Source: Nymphaea colorata (lineage: Eukaryota). From it: a stretch of DNA of 64,000 nucleotides. Under the pieces are notes generated by a model, which was not told the origin of the DNA, did no database searches, and saw only the letters and a program-made list of their open reading frames with translations. Location of the stretch: positions 10,292,001-10,356,000 of the forward strand of contig NC_045138.2 of the NCBI RefSeq assembly GCF_008831285.2, in the 5' to 3' direction. Shown in pieces: positions 11,864 through 25,800 of the stretch (positions are counted from its first letter, which is position 1; each line of letters begins with the position of its first letter). The position numbers were made by a program, and so were the translations under genes.

Positions 11864-12667
11864 TTGGTAGGTACAAGACGTTCAGGTGCCGGATCTGTAA
11901 AGAATAATCATGGTCATTACTTTTTCTTGGATAAATAGTTAAGAAAATCAAGAAGAAAAAGTTGCTGTTAATGTTAGATGACTAGAATATTTCTCCTTCA
12001 CTTTGCATTGCTCATCTATCTTGTAAAATCCATAGCTAAAATGATTTCTTATGAGCCTATGTGCTCTCAAACACAAACTATGAACAAAGCAAAATAACAA
12101 ACATATTTTGGAAATAGATGAAAAAATGAAATTTTATTCTGTCTTGCTTATACTCCTGGTGCACTCAAGAGTAACTTTCGACTCCAAATAGAAAATCTTT
12201 AGAGCCTTTTTGGACAGCCTTGGCGAAGTGGCAAGATGAAATGAAAACAAAAAGGGGTTACGTACCTCTAATATAGATGATTTTATGAATGTGTATCTTT
12301 CTTCATATGATCCTAAGGTTACCTTGGGTAAAGCTCCAAAATAATGAAGATATCATTCCAAGAGATATTTTCTTGCGAAGAGAGAACTGAAAAAAGAGAG
12401 ATAAGGAAAACTATAGATTTTTAAATGACAAAGACTAGAGGTTCCCCAAGGGTTAGTTCATGTCTAAGAGAAGAGATTGTGGGGGTTTTTATAGAGAGTT
12501 TTGAAGCCAAAACTCAAAATTTGATTTTTTTTTTAATTGAACAACATTTTCATGCGAATTCCAAGTATTTTTTAATGATTTTTATTTTCTTTGTTAGATA
12601 GGTTTTGACTAAGTCTCATTGGCCATTAGCCATCCGAATGCCCCTTTGGGGTGTGGGCAGGGCTAAT

Positions 12668-14870
12668 TAAGCCTGGGCACTAGGCTGGGCCGCCGCCGGG
12701 TACCCGGTACCCAGCCCGACTCGGGCCCGGGCCTTGAAAAAATGAATTTCGGGCCATTAATTACCGGGCTCGGCCCGGCCCGGTAGTTAACGGGTCGGGC
12801 TCGGGCCCGCCACTGTACTCGGCGGCGACCCGAGAGCCCGATACTATTATTTTTTTAAAAAAAATTAACTTATGAGTTATGACATTAACGTAGGGTTTCA
12901 GACTTTCAGTTTTCACTCTCTCGATTCTTCCCTTCCCTATTTGGCTGTTCCTCGCCGCCGTCGAGACTCTTCAGTGAAGACTGCCTCCTCGTCGCCCAAC
13001 GGCTGCCTCCTCTGGTGACCGGTCCTCCCAGTCGCAGTCGCCGTCGCCATCGCCCATGGTCTGCCTCCTCCGGTGACCGGTCCTCCCAGTTGTCGTCGCC
13101 GTCACCCATCGGCTGCCTCCTTCGGAGTTCGGTCCTCCCAGTCGGCTGTCACAGTTTTGGGTGTGTTTCTCTTTTGTTATCTTTGGCTTTCCCCCATTGT
13201 GTTTCTCGTATTCATGGTTTTGTAATTGTATAGCATATTAATTAGGTAGCTGCTCAGCATCAAAAGAGGTGAGAATCTGCTGGAATCACGCTAGAACAGT
13301 CCCAATTAAGAGGAGAACACGAAGCTTTCAGGCCACTCGAGTTCGGATCGAAGTCCGCGTGATCCCGTCAGAAACCACATGTTTTGAGGTTCGTACTGGC
13401 TCTTCCTGTTCATGTTCACTTATCTCCATCTCCTCTTCGTTATCATCTCGGACAGAGACTGGGCGCCATTTGTTTCTTTTCTTTTGAGGTCATTCCATCA
13501 AATGGTATTTAGTATTCGTGAGAAACTTGTCTGCTCTGCTTGATAGTTTTGTCTTGTTTTGCATCTTAGTTCGGTTTAGTTTTGTCTTGTGTGTTTTTTC
13601 TCTTTGTCCGATGTTTAGTCTGGAGGTGTCCTTATACTGTGCCCATTACCTGTTTGGTAAGTTGTCTGAGAGAACTGGCTTTGCAGCTGTGGTCCTTTTC
13701 TCTTTGCAGCTGTGGTCCATTACCTGTTTTCTCATTTGTTTCTTTTCTTTGTAAATTCTATTACTGTGGTGGGAAAAAAATACGCCAATATCAAAACAAG
13801 ATGCTATGCTACATCGAGCCTCGTCTACTAGTTTGGGATGAGCAGGAGGATTAATCCCCACTTGAGCAAGAGCTGAAATCTTGTCCCTCCCTCCCTTCCC
13901 TGGTTAGATCTCCACGTGCGGGGACCCACTCCCCTTGTCCATTAGTTAAATCAGCATTTTATTCTTAGGAACATATCTCAAGCAGCCATTTGCAGTCAAG
14001 GGCTTACTATTCTTAGTATGTCCTTTCTATACCTGAATCCTGGAAAATTGGTTTTCAAAGACTTCATAATTGTAATGTTCAACGCAAGTTTTGCAACTGA
14101 ATTATTGACAAGGTAGAGTGCAAGGCTTTGCCCAGTGCAATGGAAGAAAAGAACGTAAGAAATAAAAGCAATTTTATGCATTTATCTGACATTAGGAGAG
14201 CCTTTTATTTTTTTTTTTGAAGAAGAATACGAGTTCCCTTTATTTTGTTGTCAGCATACCATGATCACTGAAAGGGCCGTGACAGATGGGTGCTTCTTGT
14301 AGCTAGTTCAAGGTGAACAAAAGAGCAGGCAACTGACCTGATCTCACAATAGGCAATCAAACGAACGGTTGGACACTAGAACTGTTTCCACACGCCAAAT
14401 ATCTAAAATGTAACTGATGTAGATTAAATCCTGTAATGTTTTCCTTAGAATGGCCAGACTTTTTCTAGATGATGCCACACGCAACTACTCTCTTTCACCG
14501 AATTGGCAAAGGTCTGTCTTTTTCTTGCTTCAAATTCCATATATTGGACAGAGCATGGCATGATAAATAAAAAAAGGTGCTTGCTGATGAATGGGGATGC
14601 CCTTGGATTTGATATTGATGATGCCTGAGGGATGATTGGTTACAGAAATATGATTTGCACAGTGTATCATCTCTTTCTCACAATGTATATGTATCCTTTT
14701 GGCCTAATATTGATCTCAGGAAAAATTCTTGGCAAAGACATGAATTAAACCCTTTTGAAAACCACAATATTTTGCTTAACCAATCTAATTAAGAAAGGAA
14801 GAGTTTAAAAAATATGACAAGCAACTCTTAAACTATTTGAGCATACAGCATACTCCATACTGTGATTGTT
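12668..14870 (+). mobile_element. Left end of a hAT-like non-autonomous element; right end not found
   Basis: TAAGCCTGGGCA terminus, GC-rich GCCCG/CGGGC subterminal repeats (12668-12840), a CT-rich leader, then short AG..GT-bounded exon-like segments. Confidence 0.5.
12975..13145. repeat. Roughly 55-bp GC-rich tandem repeat, about 3 copies
   Basis: Recurring CTGCCTCCT..GGTGACCGGTCCTCCCAGT.G..GTCGCCGTC. Confidence 0.75.
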
Positions 14871-15686
14871 GGTTTGTGATGCTGAACCGAGTCAGGATTT
14901 TTCAAACCGATTCAGAGTTGTTTGAGACCGGTTCTTTCCCTTTTCAGACCGGTTCACCTAGTTTTTCACCAGTTCGGTTCATTGAAGACTGATACGGGAC
15001 CGGTTCTAAGCTAGAGGGAGCTGGTATATGTGGTTGTATGCCCATTTAAGGTGTTTAATGGATTGGTTCGATCATTTTAGATCGATACGAGACCGATTCA
15101 TTATGTTTTATGGAGCTTTAATGAACAATTTAGATAGTATTAAGTTGATTATGCAGAAATGATTCATGTGATTCGTGTATTTCATTTTATATGTGTTATT
15201 ATAACATATTCTTGTATCATGTTTTGTTTAGGATTATGCTAAAGTTAGTTTTATTGCATGATCATAAAGTTTGTACGATAACGCTAATATAAAAAGCCTA
15301 TGATTAGTTAAATCATGTCATACTTCACCAAAGTGACTACGCATGATTTAAAGGCACATTAGTGTTTCATGTTGTATTTATTCTCATTTGAAGTAACATA
15401 ATTACCCAAAGGTAGTGTGTTATGTTTTAAGAGAATAAGTAGAGTAAAATAGGAAAATAGATCCTTACATAGTTCTGTCATTTTACACCCAAAGGTGTTA
15501 TGCTTAACTATAATTTGGATTTACATTTCCTACTTTTACTAGATAAGTTAAGACGGAATACATGTGCGTATTATGTATATTACCAAAGTAGTATCCTAAT
15601 GACCCCGGGTATTTGTCTTGTAAATAGTAGACATAAAGAGCCTTTTATTTGGTTTACTGTTCCAGATGGTTTGTCTCATATAATGC

Positions 15687-18600
15687 ATGTCAACTTATAG
15701 ATATCTTTTGTCATCTGCAGTGCCTGGTTCTATTTATTTTAATGGCTCAAATTCTATCCCTTTACTTGATGATTCCAATTATGCTGAATGGAAAGAAAAT
15801 GTTGTGTTTACATTGTGGTATATGGATGTGGATATGGCATTGAGGCGACCTGAGCCACCACCTCTTACACCAGAAAGTACACATAATAAAATAGTGTATT
15901 TTGACAAGTGGGAGCGTTCTAACCGACTAAGTTTGTTGCTTTTACAATCAAGGGTCGCTAAGAACATACGTGGTGCTATCCCACCTTGTAGATCGGTAAG
16001 AGAGTTCTTGGATGCAGTTGAGGCTCAGTTTGTCAGCTCTCATAAAGCCAGAGCTAGTACCCTAATGTCAAAGTTAATATCTATGAAATATCAAGGAGGG
16101 GGTAACATTCGCCAGCATATGTTATAAATGAGGAACATTGCTTTTCAATTGAATGACATGAAGTTGACTATTTCTGAATCTTTCTTGGTATTCTTTACTT
16201 TGACTTCTTTACCAGCTGAATACACTCCTTTTAAGATCAGTTACAATACACATAATACTGAATGGACATTCAATGAATTGATGTCTAAGTGTGTTGAAGA
16301 GGAGGAAAGGATGAAGGGTGAGAAGTTGCAAAGTGCACATATGGTTTCTCACTCTGGGGCTGGTAAAGTTGGCATAAAGAAAAGTTTAATAAAAAGGAGT
16401 GCCAAGAAGAAGTCATCAAGTCAACCTGCTTCTCAAACTGTGCAGACTAACTTAGCTCCTATAAAGTGTTTCTTTTACAAGAAAAAAGGACATAAGAAGT
16501 CAGACTGCATCAAGTATAAGAATTTGTTAGAGAAGAAAAGTAACATATCATTTGTTTCACTTGAAAGTAGTTACATGTTCCTATTAATAGCTGGTGGATT
16601 GACTCTAGTGCTACTGTGCATATTGCCAATTCTTTACAAGCCTTTCTGAGCAAAAGGGAACCAACGCTACATGCGAGGAGCATTTTCTCAGGAAACAAAA
16701 TGCGCTCACATGTGAAGGTTTTTGGAGAATGCCAGATTAGGCTTGATACTGGCTTTGTTTTGGATCTTCATGATGTTTTCTTTGTTTCATCATATAGTAG
16801 AAACTTGATTTCTGTATCAAGACTGGACAAATTTGATTTTTGTTTAAAGTTTGAGAATTCAAAGATGTTCATTTATAAAGATCTTGTTGAAATTGGTTCT
16901 GCTATTTTGTGTGATGGTTTATACAAGTTGAATGTGAAGATCCAATCTCCTGAATCGTTGGTTTCTACTCATAATATAATTAGCAATAAGCGTAGTACCA
17001 TAAAGGATGATTCATACATGCTATGGCACTGCCGTTTGGGTCATATCTCTGAAAAGAGAATAAGGAGACTTATAAATGAATGGATCTTACGATCTCTTGA
17101 TTTTACAGATAACGACATATGTGTAGATTGGATAAAGGCAAAGCAAACTAACATATATAAAGAAGGTGCCGAGCAATGTACTGAAAGATTAGGAATTGTT
17201 CACACAGATGTTTGTGGACCTTTCCCTCCTTGTTACACAGGCGAAAAGTATTTTGTCACCTTTATAGATGACTATTCTCGGTATTTATATCTCTACTTAA
17301 TCTTTGAAAATCCGATGTGTGTCAAGTTTTCAAGGACTATAAGAAAGAAGTAGAGAAACAAACCGGTGAGGTTATCAAGATAGTCAGATCAGATAGAGGT
17401 GGTGAATATTATGATAGGTTTACTGAGATGGGACAAAGGGAGAGACCATTAGCGCGATTTCTAAATGAAGAAGGCATTGTGCCTCAATACACTATGCCAG
17501 GCAGTGCCTATCAAAATGGTGTTGCCGAAAGAAGAAATCGTACGCTTAAAGAAATGGTTCGAGCTATGTTAAATTACTCTACTCTCCCTCTAACTTTGTG
17601 GGGTGAAGCTCTCAGGACAGCAGTGCATATCCAAAATAGGGTTCCTACTAAAGCTGTTCCTACAACTCCTTACAAGTTATGGACAAATAGGAAACCTTCT
17701 CTTTCTTATATGCACATGTGGGGATGTCCTGCTGAAGCTAAATTGTATAACCCCTACATAAAAACCTTTGATCCTAGAACAACCAGTGGTTTCTTTATTG
17801 GTTATCAAGAAAGATCGAAAGGTTATAGGTTTTATTGTCCATCTCATACACCACATATTGTAGAAACAGCTAAGGTTAAGTTCCTGAAAGATGGCTCTTT
17901 TGGGTTAGATGCATTACAAAACCTCACTTTTGAGGAAATACAAGATACTGAAAGTAGACCTGATAAAGAGAATATAAATGTGTATGATTATGTTGTCTCC
18001 CAGGATGACATGAATGCAAATCATACAGGTAATGCATCAGATCCAAATGAATTAAATGTAGATCATACTGATGAACACGAAAAGGATGTAGACATACAAA
18101 TTGAAAATGATCAATTACCTGTTCGTAGATCTGCAAGAGCCAGGAGATCTGCCATATCATCAGACTATGTGGTATACTTACAAGAGCCTAGTGATTTCAT
18201 AGATGTTGACGATGATCCTTTCACATTCAATGAAGCCGTTGAAAGTAAACAATACAGGTTCTGGATTAATGCCATGAAAGAAGAGCTTGACTCTATGGCT
18301 AAAAACCAGACATGGAGTCTTGTATCATTGCCTAAAGGAGTAAAACCCGTAGGGTGTAAATGAGTCTATAAGACCAAGAGGGACTCTAAAGGCAACATAG
18401 AGAGATACAAGGCAAGATTAGTTGCTAAAGGATTCACACAAATGGAGGGCATTGACTATAATGAGACATATTCACCTGTCTCTGCTAAAAAGCCAATGAG
18501 GATTGTCCTTGCACTTGTAGCTCATTTTGACTTAGAGCTATATCAGATGGATGTGAAAACGGCTTTCTTAAATGGTGATTTGGATGAAGAGGTATATATG

Positions 18601-19785
18601 GATCAACCTCAAGGGTTTTCAGGGAGTGGTAAAGGTCATTTGGTATGCAAACTTAATAAAGCGATTTATGGACTTAAACAGGCCTCACGTCAATTATACA
18701 TTAAGTTTTTCGAAGTCATTACGACTTTTGGATTTACAGAAAACAGCATTGATCGATGTGTGTATCTTAAGACATGTGGGAGTAAGTTCATAATTTTGAC
18801 TTTATATGTGGGTGACATTTTGCTTGCTTCAAATGATCTTCAATTGCTAACAAAAACCAAACATTTTATCGCATCTCATTTTGAGATGAAGGACATGGGT
18901 GAGGCTTCATTTGTTCTCGGCATTGAGATTCGTCGAGATAGATCTAAATGTGGTTTAAGTCTCTCCCAATTAGCATATATCAATAAAGTTCTTAAGAGAT
19001 ATGAGATGGAGAATTGTTCTCCTATTTCGGCACCCATAGCTAAATGGGATAAATTGAGCCTAAATGATTGTCCAAATGACGAATTTGAAAAGACACAAAT
19101 GATCAACATTCCATATGCATCAGCGGTTGGCAGCTTGCAGTATGCGCAGATTTGCACTAGGCCTGACATTTTCTTTGCTATTGGCATGCTTGGTAGATTT
19201 CAATCTAATCCAGGCATGGCACATTGGAAGGCCGTAAAGAGAGTCATGCGATACTTGCAAGGGACAAAAGATTACATGTTGACATATCGCAAGGTGGACC
19301 ATTTAGAAGTGATTGGCTATTCTGACGCCGATCTTGGAGGATGTACCGATAGTAGGAAGTCTACTACTGGTTTTGTTTTCCTTCCATCAAGAGGTGCCAC
19401 CTCATGGGGGAGCAAAAAGCAGACTGTGACTGCTGCTCACACAATGAAAGCAGAATTCATTGCATTATATGAGACTACATCACAGACAATTTGGATAAAG
19501 AATTTCATTTCACAGCTCAAGATAATGGAATCTATTGAGAAACCACTTAAGGTTCACTGTGATAATGAAGCTGCAGTGTCCTTTTCCAACAACAACAAAA
19601 GTACTACTTCTTGTAAGCGTATGGAACTTAAGTATTTTGTTGTTAAGGAAAGGACAGAGAATCAAGTAGTGTGTATTCAACACATTGGAACTACAAATAT
19701 GGTTGCAGATCCTCTTACTAAAGCGCTAGCATCTGGTATGTTCTTTGAACATGTTAAGAGGATGAGTTTGTGTAGTTCAATGTAA
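15687..19785 (+). pseudogene. Copia gag-pol (gag, protease, integrase, RT, RNase H) with stops and frameshifts
   Basis: SNYAEWKENV..WERSNRLS gag; CFFYKKKGHKKSDC knuckle; WWIDSSATVH protease; [24 protein letters not shown] integrase; QMDVKTAFLNG and LYVGDILL RT; YSDAD..VADPLTK RNase H; stops at 16125 and 18361, frameshifts at ~16570 and ~17310. Confidence 0.93.
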
Positions 19786-19985
19786 ATACACTATTATGCA
19801 AACATTTATGAATGTGATCACATACAGTTTGTTGATTCTCATTAAGTTTGTTGTCTATTTATTTTGTATTCTCATTTGTTTGTTGAGAAGTTTTGTAAGA
19901 CAACAAGGTGAGACCTTGGAATGGATTTTAAGGCTAGTCCATTCATTTTGTTTACCATCGATATCAACTTGGACTAGTGGGAGAT

Positions 19986-20404
19986 TGTTAGGATTTTTCC
20001 ATCTGGATAGTCTTGCGTCGATACGGGTCCATATCCGTTTGGGATCCTAAGTATAAATGCTCGTGTCTTGTGATGGTGTGAGGCACATTCAGTTTTTACC
20101 GCCTGGGTAATCGGTCCCCTTAACCATACATGAATTGCCTGTCCCCATCACTGGGCTGCTATGGCTGAGGAGAGAAACCCATTGCCGCCGCCGCCACCGC
20201 CACCGCCACCGCTGCTGCCAATGCCGCTAGGGAACAACTCTATGGGGACTGTAGCTGTTCTTCCCACCGCCACCGACATTCAGTCGGCGGTCGCCTCTAT
20301 AGGTTCTTCTTCCGCCCTATATGAAACACATGGATCCATGAATGTTTGTTCAATTTCTGCATTTTCGTTTGTCCGCTATCTTGATTCCTCGCAAAGCTCC
20401 AACA
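19986..20404 (+). repeat. 3' LTR of the copia element
   Basis: Follows the PPT; TG...CA ends; TATAAA at ~20053. Confidence 0.75.
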
Positions 20405-20775
20405 AGAATGACCTCAGAATAAGGGATGCACCTGAATATCTGCGTTCTTGAACCTAAAGTCCTGCAATAAAACACATGTGAGTGAAGCCGACAACAAAAT
20501 GTTTAGAATTAAATAAGAACCAGAGAGAAAGGGACAGAGGGTTGAGAGTGGTGGGAAGAGAGAAAGAGAGAGAAGCAAACGTCCCTTTTTTTATTAATGG
20601 GGCCATCGCTGCACGTGAGGTTGGGTGAAGGTTACTGTTTGGATGTCAGTACCTTTGTAATACTTACAAAATGGGAGTCAAAGCTGAACTTTTGTGTTAC
20701 CTTTTTGGTTGGGACCCACTGGACTTGGTTGCACCTGTGACATGGCATGTGATGTAGTCGGGTTGGCAGTATGAT

Positions 20776-21293
20776 TAGGTCTGAACATGAGCCTGAGTAG
20801 CCTGATCTTGATTCAGTATATCTTGTTTAGAGTCAAGTTCGAGCTGACTCTTTTCACAAACTATTAGAATTGGAGTTCTTACGGAAACTCATATGTTTAA
20901 CCGAATAGAGCTCGAGTCGGGCTCGTTCACCTTTTGATTCCGTTTAATTCATTTTGCTGTTTGCACGCACACTTTTCCTCCCTTTCTCTTTCCCCCGCGA
21001 CCGATTGATTACTTTCTGTCGCTCTCTTTGTCTTTGTCCGGTTTATATTAAAGCATCCTCTCTCTTTCATTATTCTAGACATTTTTGTGCCGCAACAGAA
21101 GTTAATGGCAAGTTTTGGATGATTGTTTGAAAATAAAACAAACCAGTTTATCAAGTGGAGATGAGTTCTAGAAATGCATTATTGAGTCGAACTCAAGCGT
21201 AATTTCTTGAGCTTGACAAGCTGAATATTTCAGGTACCAAGCCAAGCTTGAGATGGTGCAACTTGAAATAGACTCGGCTCGTGTTCAGGCTTA
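20776..21293. mobile_element. hAT-family MITE
   Basis: TIRs TAGGTCTGAACATGAGCC / GGCTCGTGTTCAGGCTTA; GAGCTCGAG-type subterminal repeats; decayed 8-bp TSD AGTATGAT/AATATAAC. Confidence 0.75.
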
Positions 21294-21679
21294 AATATAA
21301 CAACCCAAAACTTGTTTTTTTCGTATACTTTGCTATTTTTTTTTATCTAGTTACAAGTAATTTCTATTTAAGGAATTATCAACATAAGTTACCAAATTGT
21401 GCCCCTTGGATATGTGTGGATCGTCTGTGTTAAAATTAGATTCCAAGAAAGACGCTCTAACCTTCAAATGGTTTAAAAGAGACGGATGATGTAGACACGT
21501 AAAGTGGAAGATGCAAGTGATATACAAAGAAGAGAATGTCTACACCTGATATATCTACTACGTACGCCTACCCTTTGTATAAAAGTGATGAGATTGTAAC
21601 CCCAACGAAATTAATGGCTTAAAACTAGTGGATTTGTTAAGAACACAAAGTGACAAAATTCACACACACACACCAAGAT

Positions 21680-21687
21680 TCTCTCTT

Positions 21688-21772
<85 letters not shown>
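21680..21772. repeat. Compound (CT)n(AT)n(AG)n microsatellite
   Basis: Read directly. Confidence 0.95.
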
Positions 21773-21775
<3 letters not shown>

Positions 21776-22130
21776 CTGTCTGTTGTCTGACTTATTAACT
21801 ACTCGATTTAGAATATAGTGTTGTTATATGCACGCACACACATATTTATACACTTCATACGCATATCCTATTGATTAAGAAAGGTGAAGCACTAGCCTTG
21901 AAATGAAAGGCTTCAATGCCTGGGATATATAGGCTCGGTAGAGACATAAGTACGAACACAAATAACTTTCTATGTATGAAATTACGCCTTCTACTGCGGG
22001 TATCTACCATGCGTACCATTTTATTTGAAGAAATAACTGTAGACTTGCACAAATGATTTAAAAGTAGTAGACATGAAAGGAACACAAAGTGAAAGACAAC
22101 CATTTTCTTTTATACACGATAGTTAATTGT

Positions 22131-25100
22131 TGAAATGACCCTAAAATTTTGAAGTCTATATCCAGCATTTTCCAACATTTTATAGTAAATTTACAATAAA
22201 ATATTAAGAAAATTTGGGCTTCAAATGCTTCAATTATCCTTAATTCTGATCAATGAGGTGATTGTCGACTAGATTTGGTACCTATGCTGATTTAGTTTTG
22301 GACTTTGAACCCAAGCCCAAGCTCAATCTATAATTCAAATCCAAATTCATATCTAGGTCCAGCCCAAATTTCACTTTAACTCGGATAGTAGATACAGATC
22401 TAGATCTAAATCCCACCTCTAGAAGCAAAACTAAACCTTATATCCAGATCCTGATACAAATCCCAGTTTTAAATCCTAAACAAATATCCAGATCCCAATC
22501 TGTCTGGATCCAAACCGTGCTCTAGATCCAAAACTAAGCCCTAGCTCAAAATTTGGATTCAATTCCTAGATTTAGATAAAAATAGACCTTAGATCCAGAT
22601 CCAAGCTTTAGATCCAATATTCGAGATCCATAACTAAATTCAAGCTCTTAGATCCAGATTCAAATCTAAATTAAGATCCAAAATCATATCCTAGATCCAA
22701 AAACCTGATCCAAGATCCACAATTAGACCCAAAATCAGGATGGTAATCCAAACAAAAATATAGATAAAAAAAACCGCCGTCAGATCGAAATTTGATTCAA
22801 AAAAATAAAATCTGGATTTTGTCCCAAGTTTTAAATACAAATGCCCAAAATCGAGTTCAATAATCAATTTCCAACATCGTATTTCGATTTGAATCCTTGA
22901 GCAGGCGCATGGGCTCCGTCTCCCCTTTCGACTCAATTTCACTTTATAAAATCCAAAACTGGATCAAAAAACCATATTTCAAACCTAAACAGAGATCAAA
23001 AGCGTGATTTGAGCTTTTGACATCGACTCAGAGGGCCAGACCCTTCCCCATTGGAGGAAATTTGCTGCGGATCCGAAACGATCGTTATGCTCATTTTGCC
23101 AAAAGACCATTTGGGCCTTCAAAAAGTTTATAAATTTTCAATTTTTCTTTTCGCCACGGACCCCTTGTGGGACCCACTTAGCAGGGGCCGGACTAAACGC
23201 CAAGTACATTTGGCACTCCGTTGCCGAAGCTGGTTATATAGGTCATCTCCATGTGTCTAATTTCATGTATCATTTAAAGTATGACAATGAAGCTCATGAT
23301 TAATAAAAAAAAGTCTTTTTATATGGATAAAAGAAGAAATCACAAAAAGAAGATTTGGAAATTAGATAAAAATAAAATTTGTCATGCATAGGTTAATACA
23401 CCTCTTTAAACAGTAAAAAAACATTTCTATTTTTTTTTGACCCATTTATACCGTTATCTTATTATCTCTTAAATATTATCTCATCATACTTATGTTTAGT
23501 GTTATCTCGTACATCTATCCATTATCTCATAAATGCTATCTCATATGTTTAGTGTTATCTCATACTTATATTATGTTATTATCTTATAAGTCTTTTCTGA
23601 TCTCATACATATGTTTAGGGTTATCTGATATATCTGTCCATTCATTATTTCATAAATCTTTTGTTATCTTATAAACATTATCTCATACTTATTTGTTATT
23701 TCATACATATTTTTTATTTCACGCACATACATTTGCAATGTTTGGGCATAAAAGTAAATGTATATATTGATAAGAGGGTTCACATCTGGCAAACACTTAT
23801 TACATACACGAAGCGAGGTACAAAACTCTCTCTCGCTGAGCGTAACATGCAGGGCAGTGCATGGCAGCGCTCGCAGCCAATAGAAGGTCGTGCGTGTTGT
23901 AGGGCATAGGTCGCCTGCCTTTTTTTTTCATCAAAACTCGCCCTAATTTAAAAACTCAAATTTTGTAATAAGACATGAAAAATTAAAAAAACTCAAATCT
24001 TGAATTTTAACTCTATTTCTTTCTATAAATACTCTATTTTGGCCCTTGAGTACATGCTAACTCTTGAAGAACCCTTTGAGCTTTCAAACTATGAATTTGG
24101 ACACTTTCAAGCCTCTCTCATTCCTTCCTCTACCAACCCTCTATCTTTATCATTCCTCTGTTTTCAAACTTGGTGTTCATCTTCCTCGTCAACTTCAATC
24201 ACTCACCCACGAGCCACGAGCCTTGTAGGAGCACGTGGGAGACTCTTGGTGATACTCTTTCCACTCGTTGGAAACATCATTTGGAAGTCTTTCTGGTTCA
24301 AGAAAGCAAAGGAATCGCCCCCATATTCAAGCTTCTTCATGGTATGTAGGTTTCTCCCTTCCATTTAATCCTTCCTTTTCTCCCTATGGCAGTGCAAGGG
24401 GCCTCCTGAAATATCATATTTGAAGCTAAGGGATAACCTTTAGTGCAGTGGGAGCATGAACTAGGAGAAGCTAAACTCTCGTTTCTTTTCTTTACAATTC
24501 AGAGCACGATATATGCCTCTTTCTTTCTGCCTCTCATCGAATGCTTGTTTTGCTTATATCTCTACAAACTCAACGGTGTGCACACATAGATGGCTGATTT
24601 TTTGATTTGTGAACAAATGAATGATGATGGGGAAAGCTTGGAAATGGGATTTAATTTGAAGTTGGAGCTTGTCCAATTTTAAGAAAACTCTATGAATGTA
24701 TACATGTTAATATGCATATATTTCCATGACATTTCTAGGATTAATTTTAACCATAGCTTTAACTACTTTCTAATCCTCATTCTCTTTATAGGTCGCCACC
24801 TGTTGTCCATCTTATTTGTAGTTTCAAGAGTGATTTTCCTTGAAAGCGCATCTTCAATGGGATTGAAGTGCAAGAAGAGTACAAAAGGAACATTCTTCAT
24901 GAACCACTTTTATAAAAGGTGACTCCTTCACAGTTTGATCTCCTTCACATATTCAATGATAGGAGAGACATATTTTCTTTTATAACCTGAAAAATTAATT
25001 GAGAGATTTTATTATTATGTCCTTCAATTTCCTTTACCGATTTCAAAAGTATTTCAAAACAAGTCCTTAGAGAAGTTTGGAGACTTGACCTAGGCTCTTC
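22131..25100 (+). mobile_element. Probable long gypsy (Ogre/Tat- or Tekay-like) LTR remnant; boundaries uncertain
   Basis: TGAAATGACCC start; AGATCC(A) repeats 22390-22980 as in the 58383 LTR; TTATCTC repeats 23450-23700; CCAAT 23877; CTATAAATAC ~24023; donor GGTATGT ~24341. Confidence 0.4.
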
Positions 25101-25199
25101 AATAAGCTCAATTCCTTCCAGCTTATATAAAAAAAATTCGGTAAAATTTTTAAAAGTATCTCTTAAACTTATAGTCTTAATTTATATAAAAAAAAATAA

Positions 25200-25655
25200 G
25201 ATGTCTGCTTACTAAAGCAAATCACTCTTTTTTATTAATTTCTATTTTTCTTTCAAATCCCTCCCTCTCTTTCTCTCTTTCTTTTATTAATCTCTCCTTT
25301 TCTCTTTTTACTCTATCTCTTTTAAAAATTTCTCTCCCTTATAAATTTCTTTCTATCCTTCTTTTTTGTTAATCTCTATCGTTTTCTTTTTCTCTCTCTT
25401 CTATTTAATCTCTCTCTCCCCGCCTCTCTTTTTTTGATTTCGCTTTTTTAAATCTCCCTCTCTTTTATTAATTTCTTTCTCTTTTAAATCTCTCTATCTT
25501 TTTCTTTTTAATTTCTACCTTTCTCTCTTCGATCTCACTCATTCATTATTCTCTCTTGGTCATTTATTAATCACTTTTTCTATTAATTTTTCTTTATCTT
25601 TTAATTTCTCTTTTTGTCTCTTTCTTTTAAAAATTTTCTCTTTCTCTCTCTGATA

Positions 25656-25692
<37 letters not shown>

Positions 25693-25800
25693 CAATTTCT
25701 CTCTCTTAAAACCCCCCCTCTCTCTTTCTCTTTTCTTCTTTTTAAAGATCTCTCTTTAATTCAGTCTCTCTTTTAAACATATTTCTCTCTACCTCTCCCT
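25200..25800. repeat. CT-rich low-complexity tract
   Basis: Read directly. Confidence 0.85.

Larger units (their letters stand above)
14870..20404 (+). mobile_element. Decayed Ty1/copia element (probably Ikeros-like) with a 3' LTR but no 5' LTR or PBS
   Basis: Gag-pol remnants 15687-19785; PPT AGTGGGAGAT before an LTR at 19986-20404 (TGTTAGG...CCAACA); left boundary approximate. Confidence 0.88.

Noticed and set aside
10886..11951. ORFs with YIYIYI, ERERER or HTHTHT runs (also at 29468, 46416, 49194)
   Set aside because: Translations of microsatellites
20161..20451. Proline-rich 96-aa ORF
   Set aside because: Lies in the copia 3' LTR over (CCG/CCA)n repeats and crosses the LTR boundary
21595..22991. 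TG...CA segment flanked by GAGAT as a solo LTR
   Set aside because: A 5-bp match is plausible by chance; the interval includes microsatellites and excludes the TATA region at ~24023
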